A stretch of 36,675 bases of DNA from a virus (taxonomy: Duplodnaviria > Caudoviricetes). Position numbers and translations under genes: made by a program. Positions 1-8,406 of this stretch are shown here, piece by piece; within the stretch, counting starts at the first letter, position 1; the number at the start of each line of letters is the position of its first letter. A model generated the notes under the pieces. That model saw only the letters and a program-made list of their open reading frames with translations. It searched no databases and had not been told where the DNA came from. The stretch is from the IMG/VR virus record IMGVR_UViG_3300017727_000050, positions 1 to 36,675 of that record. The stretch is one strand, 5' to 3'.

Positions 1-12
1 GAGAGGAGAAGA

Positions 13-63
13 TAAATGGGAGGTTCTCTGGATAGGACCCGCTTATTTTTAGTGACTTAGGCA
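13..63. repeat. Terminal direct repeat, left copy (51 nt), indicating a circular/complete genome
   Basis: TAAATGGGAGG...GACTTAGGCA is identical to 36625-36675; nt 1-12 do not match 36613-36624. Confidence 0.95.
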
Positions 64-554
64 TGCTCAAACGCCATTCCGCATCGTTTTGCGTCAATTA
101 TCTCTGACGAGGCGGCAACAGCCAACGCCTGCCATGCGTGAGACTTCAAGCCGAGTCGCTTTGCATTTGCCCTTGTTTCTTCGTCTGACCAGTCCATTGC
201 CTCAATCATCTTCCTCCGGATCACCGCGTCGTTCGACTTCTGCCCCGGTGCAATCTGCTTTTTCACCTCGTGCCGCTTGATGAGCCTGTATCGAATGCCG
301 TGTGACTCGCACAGCTGCACCATGCGCCCGATCCATACTACAGTGTCGAACGTCGTCTGGCCTACTCTCGCGCCATAGCTCGATACCATCTCAATAGCGA
401 CAGATGCGCCATGCTCGAGGTGATAACGCGTTATGTTCTTTAGCATCTGCCTGTTGTCGATCACCCCCGCATGAGCCGGTCCTGCGTCTCTCCAATCCGC
501 TCCAATCATCGCGTATCCTGATTCTGTTGTCCCCGGGTCGATTCCTAAGATCAT
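57..554 (-). CDS. ruvC: RuvC-like Holliday junction resolvase
   Basis: Starts MILGIDPGTTESGYA (RNase H-fold motif I), then VAIEMV and C-terminal HAWQALAVA; start trimmed to ATG at 554. Confidence 0.8.
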   Translation of the reverse strand: MILGIDPGTTESGYAMIGADWRDAGPAHAGVIDNRQMLKNITRYHLEHGASVAIEMVSSYGARVGQTTFDTVVWIGRMVQLCESHGIRYRLIKRHEVKKQIAPGQKSNDAVIRRKMIEAMDWSDEETRANAKRLGLKSHAWQALAVAASSEIIDAKRCGMAFEHA

Positions 555-629
555 TACAAACAATGCGCCAATCCCTGACTGTTTGCAAAAAACGATACGT
601 CGACGACTCAATTTTTGCCCTTTTCTTAG

Positions 630-836
630 TGTCACATTTCTCGTGTCACATTTGTCACGTGTCACATTGCGAAAACAAAAACTCTGAAAAATCGAATTGT
701 AATTGATGCCCTGCATTATGGTAAATAATCTTTATTATAATAATAATATAATAATAATGATATAGTACTACGTTTGGGACTTTGTGACTATAGGCATGTG
801 ACAATGTGACAAATGTGACAATAAGGATTCTGTCAC
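630..836. promoter_or_regulatory. Putative replication origin: inverted TGTCAC/TGTGAC iteron clusters flanking an AT-rich core
   Basis: 4x TGTCAC (630, 644, 653, 660), AT-rich 722-764, 4x TGTGAC (783, 797, 805, 814); immediately downstream of the primase-helicase gene. Confidence 0.65.
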
Positions 837-852
837 GTCAGCAAATGGGACA

Positions 853-3294
853 CTAAGCAGTCGATTTCGCATCATTTGAGCCGATCCAAAACAGCCTTTC
901 CGCTGCCCGGATTGCGCCCTCCTCTTTCACCTTTCGCATTTCGAGGTCCGGCATCTTTGCAAGTTTCAGGTCAAACGCGCCCCGGGATAAATGGGCTGAC
1001 CGTAATGCGCTCCGCAAAAGCAAACCCTTATCGCCTGCCTCTTTCACCATCTCAACCCATTTTTCTTGCTTGCTCATTTGCTCTTTTGTTTTTTCAATTA
1101 ATAGCGGAAAAAGCAATTCTTTTTGCATATCTGCAAACCATTTCACAAATCCACAGGCCCGCACAGCATCCTCTTTCATTAAAGGCTTAGAGAAAGGATT
1201 GTCGTAATTTTCCGCCATGTGGAGGACGATTGCGAGCCTGTAGGCGTTCTCAGCGTATCGGTTGTGGAACGACGCCAGCGACTCGATTGGCTCCTCCCGA
1301 CTCGCCTTCGCGCATAGATTGTAGTAACTCTTCATCGCATCCGTGAAGCTTGAGGTTTGCGGAATCTTGCCGAGCTGCTCAGGCACAGGCTTGGCGCGGT
1401 AAGCGGAAAACAGGTGTTCGATTATTTCGGCCCAAAGGCTGTGAGCTTTTGCATCGAAATCAATATCCTCAGGCCAATCCTGCACCTCTGCCTCAGAATC
1501 GTGCATAAGGAATCGTGCCAGAAACCCTCCCTCGATCTTGTTCGAATCCTCAAGGATCGAAAGGAAAGCATGTGGCTGAGTCATCCACGATATGCCGAGC
1601 GTCGCTCCTGTCAGACTGTGAGACTCGCTTTTTCGGTCGTAGCTAACGGCATCGCCCGAATACAGATCGCACCAGGTCCCGTCGTCGTTCGTCCCTCTTT
1701 GGCTTGAATACCTGCCAGACATATTCTGGAACTGCTGCGATGCCTCTGCGCTCATGGAAAGAACAGTAGGATGCCAATTTCGCCCCAAATATCCCAGCAT
1801 CGTTTCCGTCGTCGTATCGCTTACAACCACCTTTTCTGGCGTAAGTAGCTTTTCAAGTTTCGACTTTTCCTCATACAATGACTCTGGATTACCTCCCTCG
1901 TCTAGCAGGTCTTTGATCTCATTCTCTAGCTCATCAAGTCGCTTTTGCGCGACCGGTGCGTGAACATTCTTCCGCTTTTCCTCTGCCTCCGCCGCTGCCT
2001 CGATGAGCGGTTTCATCACAGTTCTTTGCGTCCTCCCCTTCCCGGTTCCCGACTTCGCCAATGTCAAAATATACAGATTGCAATGCGAAACCATGCCCGG
2101 GAGTGAATCGACGACGACAGAGTTTCCTACGGCAGTTGAAATAGCCGAGAAGCAACAAGCCGCGACCATCGACTCAGGCACACCGTTTAATTCTGCCACA
2201 TTCTTGACGAATCCCTGCATATTAGAAGGAAGACCACTTGTGGGAAAAGGAATCAGCTCCTGTTCCAATTCCATCACCGCCTTTGCCTCTTGAGATGCCG
2301 ATTCTGACTCATCTAGTATCGAAACTGGTGTTGACTGGGCTTCGCGACTGGACCCGTAGCCCGTGGAAGACAGCTCCTTCGCTGCCGCGCTGAAATCTCC
2401 GCTGTGATTCAGAACGGCATAAAGCGCACCTGCCGTGTATGCCTTCTCCGAATCAAAATCTACTGTTGAGCTGTGAGAGTAAAAACTCCAAACATCCATC
2501 TTCGCATCGGGAGGATTGATTACGCCCGAAGTGCCGCTATCCTTCCCCGGCCGAGTCCACTTTAGCCGGTCGTGACTGCAAGGCGTCCACCCGTGTGACA
2601 AAAGAAGGCTCTCAAACGTTTCCTGAGTGGCTCGATTGCTGAAATCGTCGAGGGGTGTCTCGCCTGTCTGAGATTGCTCCGCCGCTTGCGACAGGTCTAT
2701 AATCCGGTCACTTTTTGGAACAAGCTTTTTCTCCACCGTCAATGGCGTGGCCGTTTCCTTGTAGATCGCGCCCGGATCCCATGACAGAAAACAGGCTCGA
2801 TCTGCGCCTTTGCATTTTCGGTCAATTTCGACTCCAAACGTCTCAGATACATGCTTCTGAGCCGTGTAGAATATATCGGCAGCGTCAGCTTGAGCGTTAG
2901 AAATTGCAAAAATTGCCTTCACTCCTTCACCAGATGGCGAAAGAAACGCGAGGTGGCAATGCTCGTCATTTCCCATATCGCTCCGAAGCCTTTCGGCCCT
3001 TTCGATGCTGAGTCCGTCGACATCCACGCAGATAAACGGTCGAGGAGTATGCGGAGCCGTTTTTGTGCGATGCGGCGTTGAGAAAAGCGATTGCGGAGTA
3101 ATTGCCGGGAGTCGTTTCTTCAATTCTCCGCGCTTGCCCTTGTCCTGCTCTCTCCTTATTTCCTCAATGAGCTTGTAATGCTTGCCTTTTGTCACGTCCT
3201 CCCATACCTGGCGAAGTGTTGTCTGGTCCGGCAGGTCGTCGGTAGAAAACACCGTTCTAAATTGGCTGAATGTAATCATTCTATTTTTGTGCAT
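853..3294 (-). CDS. Primase-helicase replication protein (VirE/BT4734-like N-terminal primase domain + DUF3987/YfjI-like P-loop domain)
   Basis: LKKRLPAITP, ICVDVD, FLSPSGEGVKA, ACFLSWDP in the N-terminal part; AKSGTGKG Walker A and GFLARFL in the C-terminal part. Confidence 0.8.
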   Translation of the reverse strand: MHKNRMITFSQFRTVFSTDDLPDQTTLRQVWEDVTKGKHYKLIEEIRREQDKGKRGELKKRLPAITPQSLFSTPHRTKTAPHTPRPFICVDVDGLSIERAERLRSDMGNDEHCHLAFLSPSGEGVKAIFAISNAQADAADIFYTAQKHVSETFGVEIDRKCKGADRACFLSWDPGAIYKETATPLTVEKKLVPKSDRIIDLSQAAEQSQTGETPLDDFSNRATQETFESLLLSHGWTPCSHDRLKWTRPGKDSGTSGVINPPDAKMDVWSFYSHSSTVDFDSEKAYTAGALYAVLNHSGDFSAAAKELSSTGYGSSREAQSTPVSILDESESASQEAKAVMELEQELIPFPTSGLPSNMQGFVKNVAELNGVPESMVAACCFSAISTAVGNSVVVDSLPGMVSHCNLYILTLAKSGTGKGRTQRTVMKPLIEAAAEAEEKRKNVHAPVAQKRLDELENEIKDLLDEGGNPESLYEEKSKLEKLLTPEKVVVSDTTTETMLGYLGRNWHPTVLSMSAEASQQFQNMSGRYSSQRGTNDDGTWCDLYSGDAVSYDRKSESHSLTGATLGISWMTQPHAFLSILEDSNKIEGGFLARFLMHDSEAEVQDWPEDIDFDAKAHSLWAEIIEHLFSAYRAKPVPEQLGKIPQTSSFTDAMKSYYNLCAKASREEPIESLASFHNRYAENAYRLAIVLHMAENYDNPFSKPLMKEDAVRACGFVKWFADMQKELLFPLLIEKTKEQMSKQEKWVEMVKEAGDKGLLLRSALRSAHLSRGAFDLKLAKMPDLEMRKVKEEGAIRAAERLFWIGSNDAKSTA

Positions 3295-3342
3295 AAAAAA
3301 TCCCCATAGCGAACACCTGCCGCTGATGGGGAATTATTTTGT

Positions 3343-3567
3343 TTATCTTTTGAGTTTGTAGCGAGTGCGAATGTGAAAAAGCGGGACCGGCGGCATTTTG
3401 CGCCATTCAATATCTGACCCCCACCGTGAAATGTGGCCCTCCTGGATCCGCGAATTACTCCGATCCCGGCGAGCGATTGCAAAAGCAACAGCCGAATCAG
3501 CGTCTACCGCGCCAATCCCCAGAACCTGTTGCAGCATCTCAGATGCCAGTCTTTCCTGCTTGTTCAT
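3343..3567 (-). CDS. Hypothetical protein
   Basis: ATG at 3567 overlaps the upstream stop (ATGA) and follows a GGAGGG RBS-like tract. Confidence 0.55.
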   Translation of the reverse strand: MNKQERLASEMLQQVLGIGAVDADSAVAFAIARRDRSNSRIQEGHISRWGSDIEWRKMPPVPLFHIRTRYKLKR

Positions 3568-3794
3568 TCTCCCCCCTCCATTTTTCTCCACGAATCCCAC
3601 AACTTCCCGGCTCGCTCGAGCGATGCAAGATCGCCGCGCTGAATGTTGTCTGTAAGATCGCGAAAAAGCTCCGATTCATCGTAGATTTCCGTATTCTGCA
3701 AAAATGCAGCAATTCTGTGTGCATCAATTTCTGCAATTTCGAGACAGACGTTCCTTCCAATCGCCGCATAAGCGAGTTTGTATCCTAATTTCAT
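3564..3794 (-). CDS. Hypothetical protein
   Basis: 76-aa ORF tightly coupled to both neighbours. Confidence 0.6.
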   Translation of the reverse strand: MKLGYKLAYAAIGRNVCLEIAEIDAHRIAAFLQNTEIYDESELFRDLTDNIQRGDLASLERAGKLWDSWRKMEGGE

Positions 3795-4024
3795 TATTTG
3801 TTTTTTTCTGTTTGTTGCTTTTCTTCTTCGTCAAAAAGGAACAGCATCGCATCTGCTTCTGTTTCGATGCCGACTTTGTAGATGTCCTCCATGACCTCCT
3901 CAAGTCCCGCCAAGTATTCGTTCGGAATATTGCTGCGCGTAATTTCACGATAAAGTAAAATCCTAGCAAGCCGCAATCCCTCCTCTTGGATGTCTTGAAT
4001 CCCGTTTCTCTGTCCTTCTGTCAT
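3794..4024 (-). CDS. Hypothetical protein
   Basis: 76-aa acidic ORF with TAATG coupling to the next gene. Confidence 0.6.
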   Translation of the reverse strand: MTEGQRNGIQDIQEEGLRLARILLYREITRSNIPNEYLAGLEEVMEDIYKVGIETEADAMLFLFDEEEKQQTEKNK

Positions 4025-4043
4025 GTGGCAAGTTGCAATTTTT

Positions 4044-5099
4044 TTATGGATCGAGTCTTTTTAATAGCGTGACAAAAGCTTTTGCTGCTGTCGCTGGAAC
4101 TACTCCGTTTCCTAGCAATCGGAGTCGATCCACTCGGTTGGCAGTTGCGTCCACCCTACTGAAAGACCCATCAGTTGCTCGACCCAATCTGGATTTAGCT
4201 TGCCCCTTGACTTGGGTATATAGATCGGCAATGACTCTTGGCTCTTCCCACTCTTGTTGAGCTTCGCCCGGCTTGGAAACCCAACGATTGAAGGATGATT
4301 CGATAACCCCTTCTGCCCGTAGTTGGGTTGATTCCCAATCTTCGCCCCCTCCCCTACTGTCGGAGTCGGCCAACTCGTTTTGTCGTATTCGACAACTTGA
4401 GGAAGTCCGTCCATCCGACTCTTTCCGTCCTTCCGAATTAACGCCGCTGGAGAATAGCTTCCCTTGTAATCTCTGGATGCCGGAGTCGGCCAGTTCTCCA
4501 CTTGACTCCTTAGCCTCAAAACCTTTTTTCCGTTGCTGACTTGGTTCACTGCTTTTGGCGTAGCCCAAGATAAAGACTCGCTTTCTCTGGTGAGGTGCGC
4601 CGACTTCACGCGCTGAGAATATTCCCGCCGTTGCTGTGTAACCCAATCCTTCCAGTTCTCTGAGGACATATTGGAGAACTGATTCTCCGTCTCCTGTTTT
4701 GGCTGAGATAATTCCTTCAACGTTTTCAAGGAAAACAATTCGGGGTTGGCAGTCTCGGATGCCATCTCGGATGTATGGGAAGAGGTGTCGCGGGTCGTCA
4801 ACTCCTTGACGCGTTCCAGCAGTGCTGAAAGGTTGGCACGGGAATCCTCCAGAGAGGATGTCCACGAGTCCACGAAACTTTCGGTATGGGAAGGTTTTAA
4901 CGTCCGTGAACACAGGTGCTGCATCCAGTTCTCCCGCTTCCATCTTTGCAACCAGGTTCGCGACTGCGAATCCTTCCCTCTCCACGTAAGCGATTTCTCG
5001 CAGATTTGGGAGAACTCTTCTGAGTCCAAGTCCGATGCCTTCGTATCCGCTACAAAGGCTAATGTGTTGAATTCTTTCGGTAGTATTATCATCGTTCAT
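4044..5099 (-). CDS. C5-cytosine DNA methyltransferase, large (alpha) polypeptide
   Basis: Motif I SLCSGYEG, IV GGFPCQPFS, VI ENVEG, VIII PHQRKRVF, X LGNGVVP; motif IX not seen in this frame. Confidence 0.92.
   Translation of the reverse strand: MNDDNTTERIQHISLCSGYEGIGLGLRRVLPNLREIAYVEREGFAVANLVAKMEAGELDAAPVFTDVKTFPYRKFRGLVDILSGGFPCQPFSTAGTRQGVDDPRHLFPYIRDGIRDCQPRIVFLENVEGIISAKTGDGESVLQYVLRELEGLGYTATAGIFSAREVGAPHQRKRVFILGYAKSSEPSQQRKKGFEAKESSGELADSGIQRLQGKLFSSGVNSEGRKESDGRTSSSCRIRQNELADSDSRGGGEDWESTQLRAEGVIESSFNRWVSKPGEAQQEWEEPRVIADLYTQVKGQAKSRLGRATDGSFSRVDATANRVDRLRLLGNGVVPATAAKAFVTLLKRLDP
4112..5092 (-). CDS. Overlapping alternative-frame ORF; putative beta polypeptide of the C5 methyltransferase (motif IX)
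   Basis: 326 stop-free codons nested in the MTase gene; WATP/WPTP repeats; C-terminal KLNPDWVEQLMGLSVGWT resembles motif IX; true start uncertain. Confidence 0.65.
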   Translation of the reverse strand: MIILPKEFNTLAFVADTKASDLDSEEFSQICEKSLTWRGKDSQSRTWLQRWKRENWMQHLCSRTLKPSHTESFVDSWTSSLEDSRANLSALLERVKELTTRDTSSHTSEMASETANPELFSLKTLKELSQPKQETENQFSNMSSENWKDWVTQQRREYSQRVKSAHLTRESESLSWATPKAVNQVSNGKKVLRLRSQVENWPTPASRDYKGSYSPAALIRKDGKSRMDGLPQVVEYDKTSWPTPTVGEGAKIGNQPNYGQKGLSNHPSIVGFPSRAKLNKSGKSQESLPIYIPKSRGKLNPDWVEQLMGLSVGWTQLPTEWIDSDC

Positions 5100-5107
5100 A
5101 AAATCGT

Positions 5108-5563
5108 TTATATTGCCCTCCTTACGCCAAGAATCTTGGACTTGTAAATAGAAAGGTCAGTCATCTGCACTGGCTTCGATCTTGTTGGGCGGTGGATGCA
5201 CCGACCGTTTCCGAGATAGATCATAACATGACCGCTTTTACCGCTCTTGCTTCCGCGCCAAGTCACAATGACATCTCCCGGTTTCATGGCCGATTTGCTG
5301 ACTCCTTTCCCCCATTTCAGCCAATTCCGCGCCATCGAGGAATATAGCGGTCTGCCTCCACCGGCAGAGAAAACCACTTGGCTGACCCAATTCGCGCATT
5401 GGCAAGATTGGCCTTTGCGGAAGTGCTTACCGTTCCAGAGTTTAGCTCTTTTGACAATTTGAGCTGGCAATACGCCAGATTGCAAAATTGGGCGAAATGC
5501 CCTTTTTTCTTGAGAATTGCCTGTGACAAACACAAGCAAAGTCAGTGCAATAATTCTTTTCAT
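5108..5563 (-). CDS. NlpC/P60-family peptidase with predicted signal peptide
   Basis: MKRIIALTLLVFV hydrophobic N-terminus; QCANWVSQV (Cys), PGDVIV, GHVMIYLGNGRCIH (His/His). Confidence 0.85.
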   Translation of the reverse strand: MKRIIALTLLVFVTGNSQEKRAFRPILQSGVLPAQIVKRAKLWNGKHFRKGQSCQCANWVSQVVFSAGGGRPLYSSMARNWLKWGKGVSKSAMKPGDVIVTWRGSKSGKSGHVMIYLGNGRCIHRPTRSKPVQMTDLSIYKSKILGVRRAI

Positions 5564-5654
5564 TTTTCAGTTTTTAGGTTTCAACGGCTTTTAAGCCGCC
5601 GGAGATTAAACCGGTTTTTGCAAAAGGTCCAATTTTTTCTATTTCAAAAAAATA

Positions 5655-5683
5655 GTAGACAAGAACAGATTGCGGTTTTAGTC
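5655..5683 (+). promoter_or_regulatory. Possible sigma70-type early promoter in the divergent intergenic region
   Basis: TAGACA-17 nt-TAGTCT just upstream of ATG 5691, in the AT-rich gap between the divergent arms. Confidence 0.3.
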
Positions 5684-5690
5684 TCCGGCG

Positions 5691-5888
5691 ATGGACAAGA
5701 AAAAAAGATGTGAAACCTGCGAAGGGGTTTTTGAACCCCTTCATGTCGTGTTTGAGGTGGCGGAGACTGATTTTGTTTTCACTCAATCGCATTGCGACGC
5801 GTGTATTGACGAGATCGAATGCCGCCCTGCCAGCGCAACGAGAATAAAACTTGAAGATATTATGGAGGTGTTGAATGAAAGTCTCTGA
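5691..5888 (+). CDS. Small hypothetical protein with two CxxC pairs (possible Zn finger)
   Basis: CETC...CDAC; first gene of the + arm. Confidence 0.55.
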   Translation: MDKKKRCETCEGVFEPLHVVFEVAETDFVFTQSHCDACIDEIECRPASATRIKLEDIMEVLNESL

Positions 5889-6204
5889 CGCATTTTCCGG
5901 CTTTCTTGAGGCCGAAGATATTCCAGACGGCAAAGAAATCGAGGTGGAAATTGAGGGCGTCCGCATGGGGACGCGCAAAGACTTGGGCCGGGACGGTCGA
6001 GCAATCGAAAATCCGCTGATGAAAATCGTTGGAGTCAAAAAGGAAATGGTATTGAACAAAACCAATGCCCGGACCATCCGCCGACATCACGGCAACGAAA
6101 TGGATGAATGGCCTGGCAAAAAGATCACGCTATTCCGCTCAACTTGCGATGCGTTTGGAAAAAAGAACGTCCCGTGCATCCGGGTGAAAGGAAAAACATT
6201 ATGA
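5875..6204 (+). CDS. Phage hypothetical protein, possibly an ssDNA-binding/annealing partner
   Basis: GGAGG RBS; FLEAEDI, LNKTNA, WPGKKITLF pattern recalled from phage recombination modules. Confidence 0.6.
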   Translation: MKVSDAFSGFLEAEDIPDGKEIEVEIEGVRMGTRKDLGRDGRAIENPLMKIVGVKKEMVLNKTNARTIRRHHGNEMDEWPGKKITLFRSTCDAFGKKNVPCIRVKGKTL

Positions 6205-7274
6205 AAATAACAGTAAATAAATCAGAACTGGCAGCTGCCTTGAAAGCAGCCGGTAAAACTTGCAGCTCGCACGGGAATATTCCCGTCCTGTCGAACGTCA
6301 AAATTTCCACCGCAGACGCAGGCGATAGTTTTTTCATTGAGTCCACCAATCTGGACCAATACACGTCTATTGAGGTTGAGGCTGATGTCGTCGAGAAAGG
6401 CGAAGTTTTGGTCCCCTTTCGTAGACTGAACTCGATTATCGCAAACTTGGAAGGCGAGACTGTAGAGCTTGAATCTAAAGGCTCAAAAACCGAAATCCGA
6501 TCCGGGCGTTTTCGGGCGTCTGTTGAGGGAGTCGATGTTGCTGATTGGCCGCAATGCTCAATGGAAATCAATCGAGCGTATGACATTAAGGCCAATCAGC
6601 TATCGAACGCGATACAGAGCGTGATCGGCTGCGTTTCTGCCGATGAGTCTCGCTATGTTCTGAATGGTGTATTTCTGGAGTGTGTCGACTCTGTGGTTAG
6701 TATAGTCGCTACTGACGGGCGACAGCTAGCCGTGCATTCGTTCGAGGCAGATTGGAACGACTTCAATGTGGTAATCCCTACATTGGCCGCTGACGCTATT
6801 CTCGATGCGTGTCGAGGCGAAGCCAATATTGAAATCGCTCTGGGAGACAATTCTGTAGGAGTAGCGACAGACACGGCAAGAACCTGGTCAAAAACAATCG
6901 CAGGCAAATTCCCAGAGTGGCGCAGAGTGATGCCGGATGAGTCGGCAATGAGAACTTTTCCCGCTCCGCACAAAAAGCTCCTCGGCATTCTTCGTCGAGT
7001 CGGATTGATTGCCGATCCCCGGATCGGATGCGTTCGGCTCGACGGGAGTGCTGATGGGATTACCGTTTCATCATCGAACGCGGGAGAATCAGCGTCGGAG
7101 AAACTGGAATGCGAGTCGCCCGAGTTTGGCGTTTCCGTGAATCACGATTTCCTAGCGAAGATGCTTGCGACCATCGACGGCGAATCGGTCGATATTAAAG
7201 TGGGCGAGAACGAATCGCCAGTTTTGATCAAATCAGATGGCCTCAAATATATTATCATGCCGATGCGTAAATAA
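6201..7274 (+). CDS. dnaN: DNA polymerase III beta sliding clamp
   Basis: IPVLSNVKI, STNLD, ESRYVLNGVFL, VATDGRQLA, GKFPEWRRVMP, YIIMPMR; ~357 aa; start trimmed to 6201. Confidence 0.93.
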   Translation: MKITVNKSELAAALKAAGKTCSSHGNIPVLSNVKISTADAGDSFFIESTNLDQYTSIEVEADVVEKGEVLVPFRRLNSIIANLEGETVELESKGSKTEIRSGRFRASVEGVDVADWPQCSMEINRAYDIKANQLSNAIQSVIGCVSADESRYVLNGVFLECVDSVVSIVATDGRQLAVHSFEADWNDFNVVIPTLAADAILDACRGEANIEIALGDNSVGVATDTARTWSKTIAGKFPEWRRVMPDESAMRTFPAPHKKLLGILRRVGLIADPRIGCVRLDGSADGITVSSSNAGESASEKLECESPEFGVSVNHDFLAKMLATIDGESVDIKVGENESPVLIKSDGLKYIIMPMRK

Positions 7275-7276
7275 AG

Positions 7277-7522
7277 ATGGCAATTCTTAAAGAAACCATT
7301 TACAAGGCGCATGATGTCGCTGACAATGCAGAGCGTCGATACGGCCAATACGCATCACTTCACGAAGTCATGGGGATTCTGGAGGAGGAATTTCTCGAGG
7401 CTAAGCAGTCGCTCCACAAGAGCGATTGGGCTGAATTGAGATGTGAGCTGATCGACATTGCAGCGGTTTGCTTGCGAGCCGCTAGTGAGAAAACAATTCG
7501 TGAAAATAAAAATCAGATATGA
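7277..7522 (+). CDS. MazG-like NTP pyrophosphohydrolase-fold protein
   Basis: ILEEEFLEA...ELIDIAAVC acidic helical motif. Confidence 0.6.
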   Translation: MAILKETIYKAHDVADNAERRYGQYASLHEVMGILEEEFLEAKQSLHKSDWAELRCELIDIAAVCLRAASEKTIRENKNQI

Positions 7523-8406
7523 AAACCAAAATGAAAACAAAAGTGATAGATGAAGCGCACGGGGATAATTGGAGTCTTTACAATGCCGATTGCGTATCCT
7601 TTGCGGAAGGATTACCCGACGACAGTATAGACCTTTCGATTTACTCGCCACCGTTCGCGAATCTTTACGTTTACGGGGATTCCGTGGCTGACATGGGAAA
7701 CTGCGCCGATGACGCGCAATTCTTTGACCAATACCGGTTTATGATTGCCGAAAAGCTGCGAATTACTAAACCTGGCAGATTATCGTGTGTTCATTGCATG
7801 GACTTGCCGTCGAGCAAAACCATGCACGGATACATAGGCCGACGCGACTTTTCTGGGGAAATCATCCGAGCGCATATTGAGGAAGGATGGATTTACCATT
7901 GCAGAGTCACTGTATGGAAGGATCCTGTCGTTGAAATGCAGCGAACAAAGGCACTAGGGCTTTTGCATAAGCAAATAAAAAAGGACTCATGCCGCAGCCG
8001 CATGGGGAATCCAGATTATCTGCTTGTTTTTTACAAGCCGGGAGATAACGGCGATCCAGTAACGCATACAGCCGAAGACTTCCCGGTAGACCAGTGGCAG
8101 CAATGGGCAAGCCCTGTCTGGATGGACATCAATCAAACTAATGTGCTGAGCAAGAAAGGCGCGAGAGATGAGAAGGATGAGAAACACATATGCCCTCTGC
8201 AGCTCGACTTTATTCACAGGTGTCTAGTGATGTGGTCAAATGAAGGTGATACTGTATTTTCGCCGTTTACTGGAATCGGATCAGAAGGGTATATGGCATT
8301 GAAGCATGGAAGAAGGTTTATAGGAACAGAGCTAAAACCGTCGTATTTCCATCAAGCATCGCAAAACCTCAACGCTGCAGAATCAGAAGGAAAGGGGTTG
8401 TTTTGA
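7519..8406 (+). CDS. N4-cytosine/N6-adenine DNA methyltransferase (beta class)
   Basis: YSPPF catalytic motif precedes HICPLQ and the VFSPFTGIGS SAM-binding motif. Confidence 0.9.
   Translation: MKTKMKTKVIDEAHGDNWSLYNADCVSFAEGLPDDSIDLSIYSPPFANLYVYGDSVADMGNCADDAQFFDQYRFMIAEKLRITKPGRLSCVHCMDLPSSKTMHGYIGRRDFSGEIIRAHIEEGWIYHCRVTVWKDPVVEMQRTKALGLLHKQIKKDSCRSRMGNPDYLLVFYKPGDNGDPVTHTAEDFPVDQWQQWASPVWMDINQTNVLSKKGARDEKDEKHICPLQLDFIHRCLVMWSNEGDTVFSPFTGIGSEGYMALKHGRRFIGTELKPSYFHQASQNLNAAESEGKGLF

Noticed and set aside
1-63. Terminal repeat as prophage attL/attR
   Set aside because: No integrase or repressor found and no tRNA-like sequence; assembly overlap at a cos region fits better, though only 12 nt of flank are visible, so this is not fully excluded.
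555-716. N-terminal extension of the RuvC ORF
   Set aside because: Runs through the iteron repeats; the RuvC motif begins at Met 554.
5574-6077. 167-aa minus-strand ORF
   Set aside because: Antisense shadow of the coupled + strand genes; no recognisable motifs.
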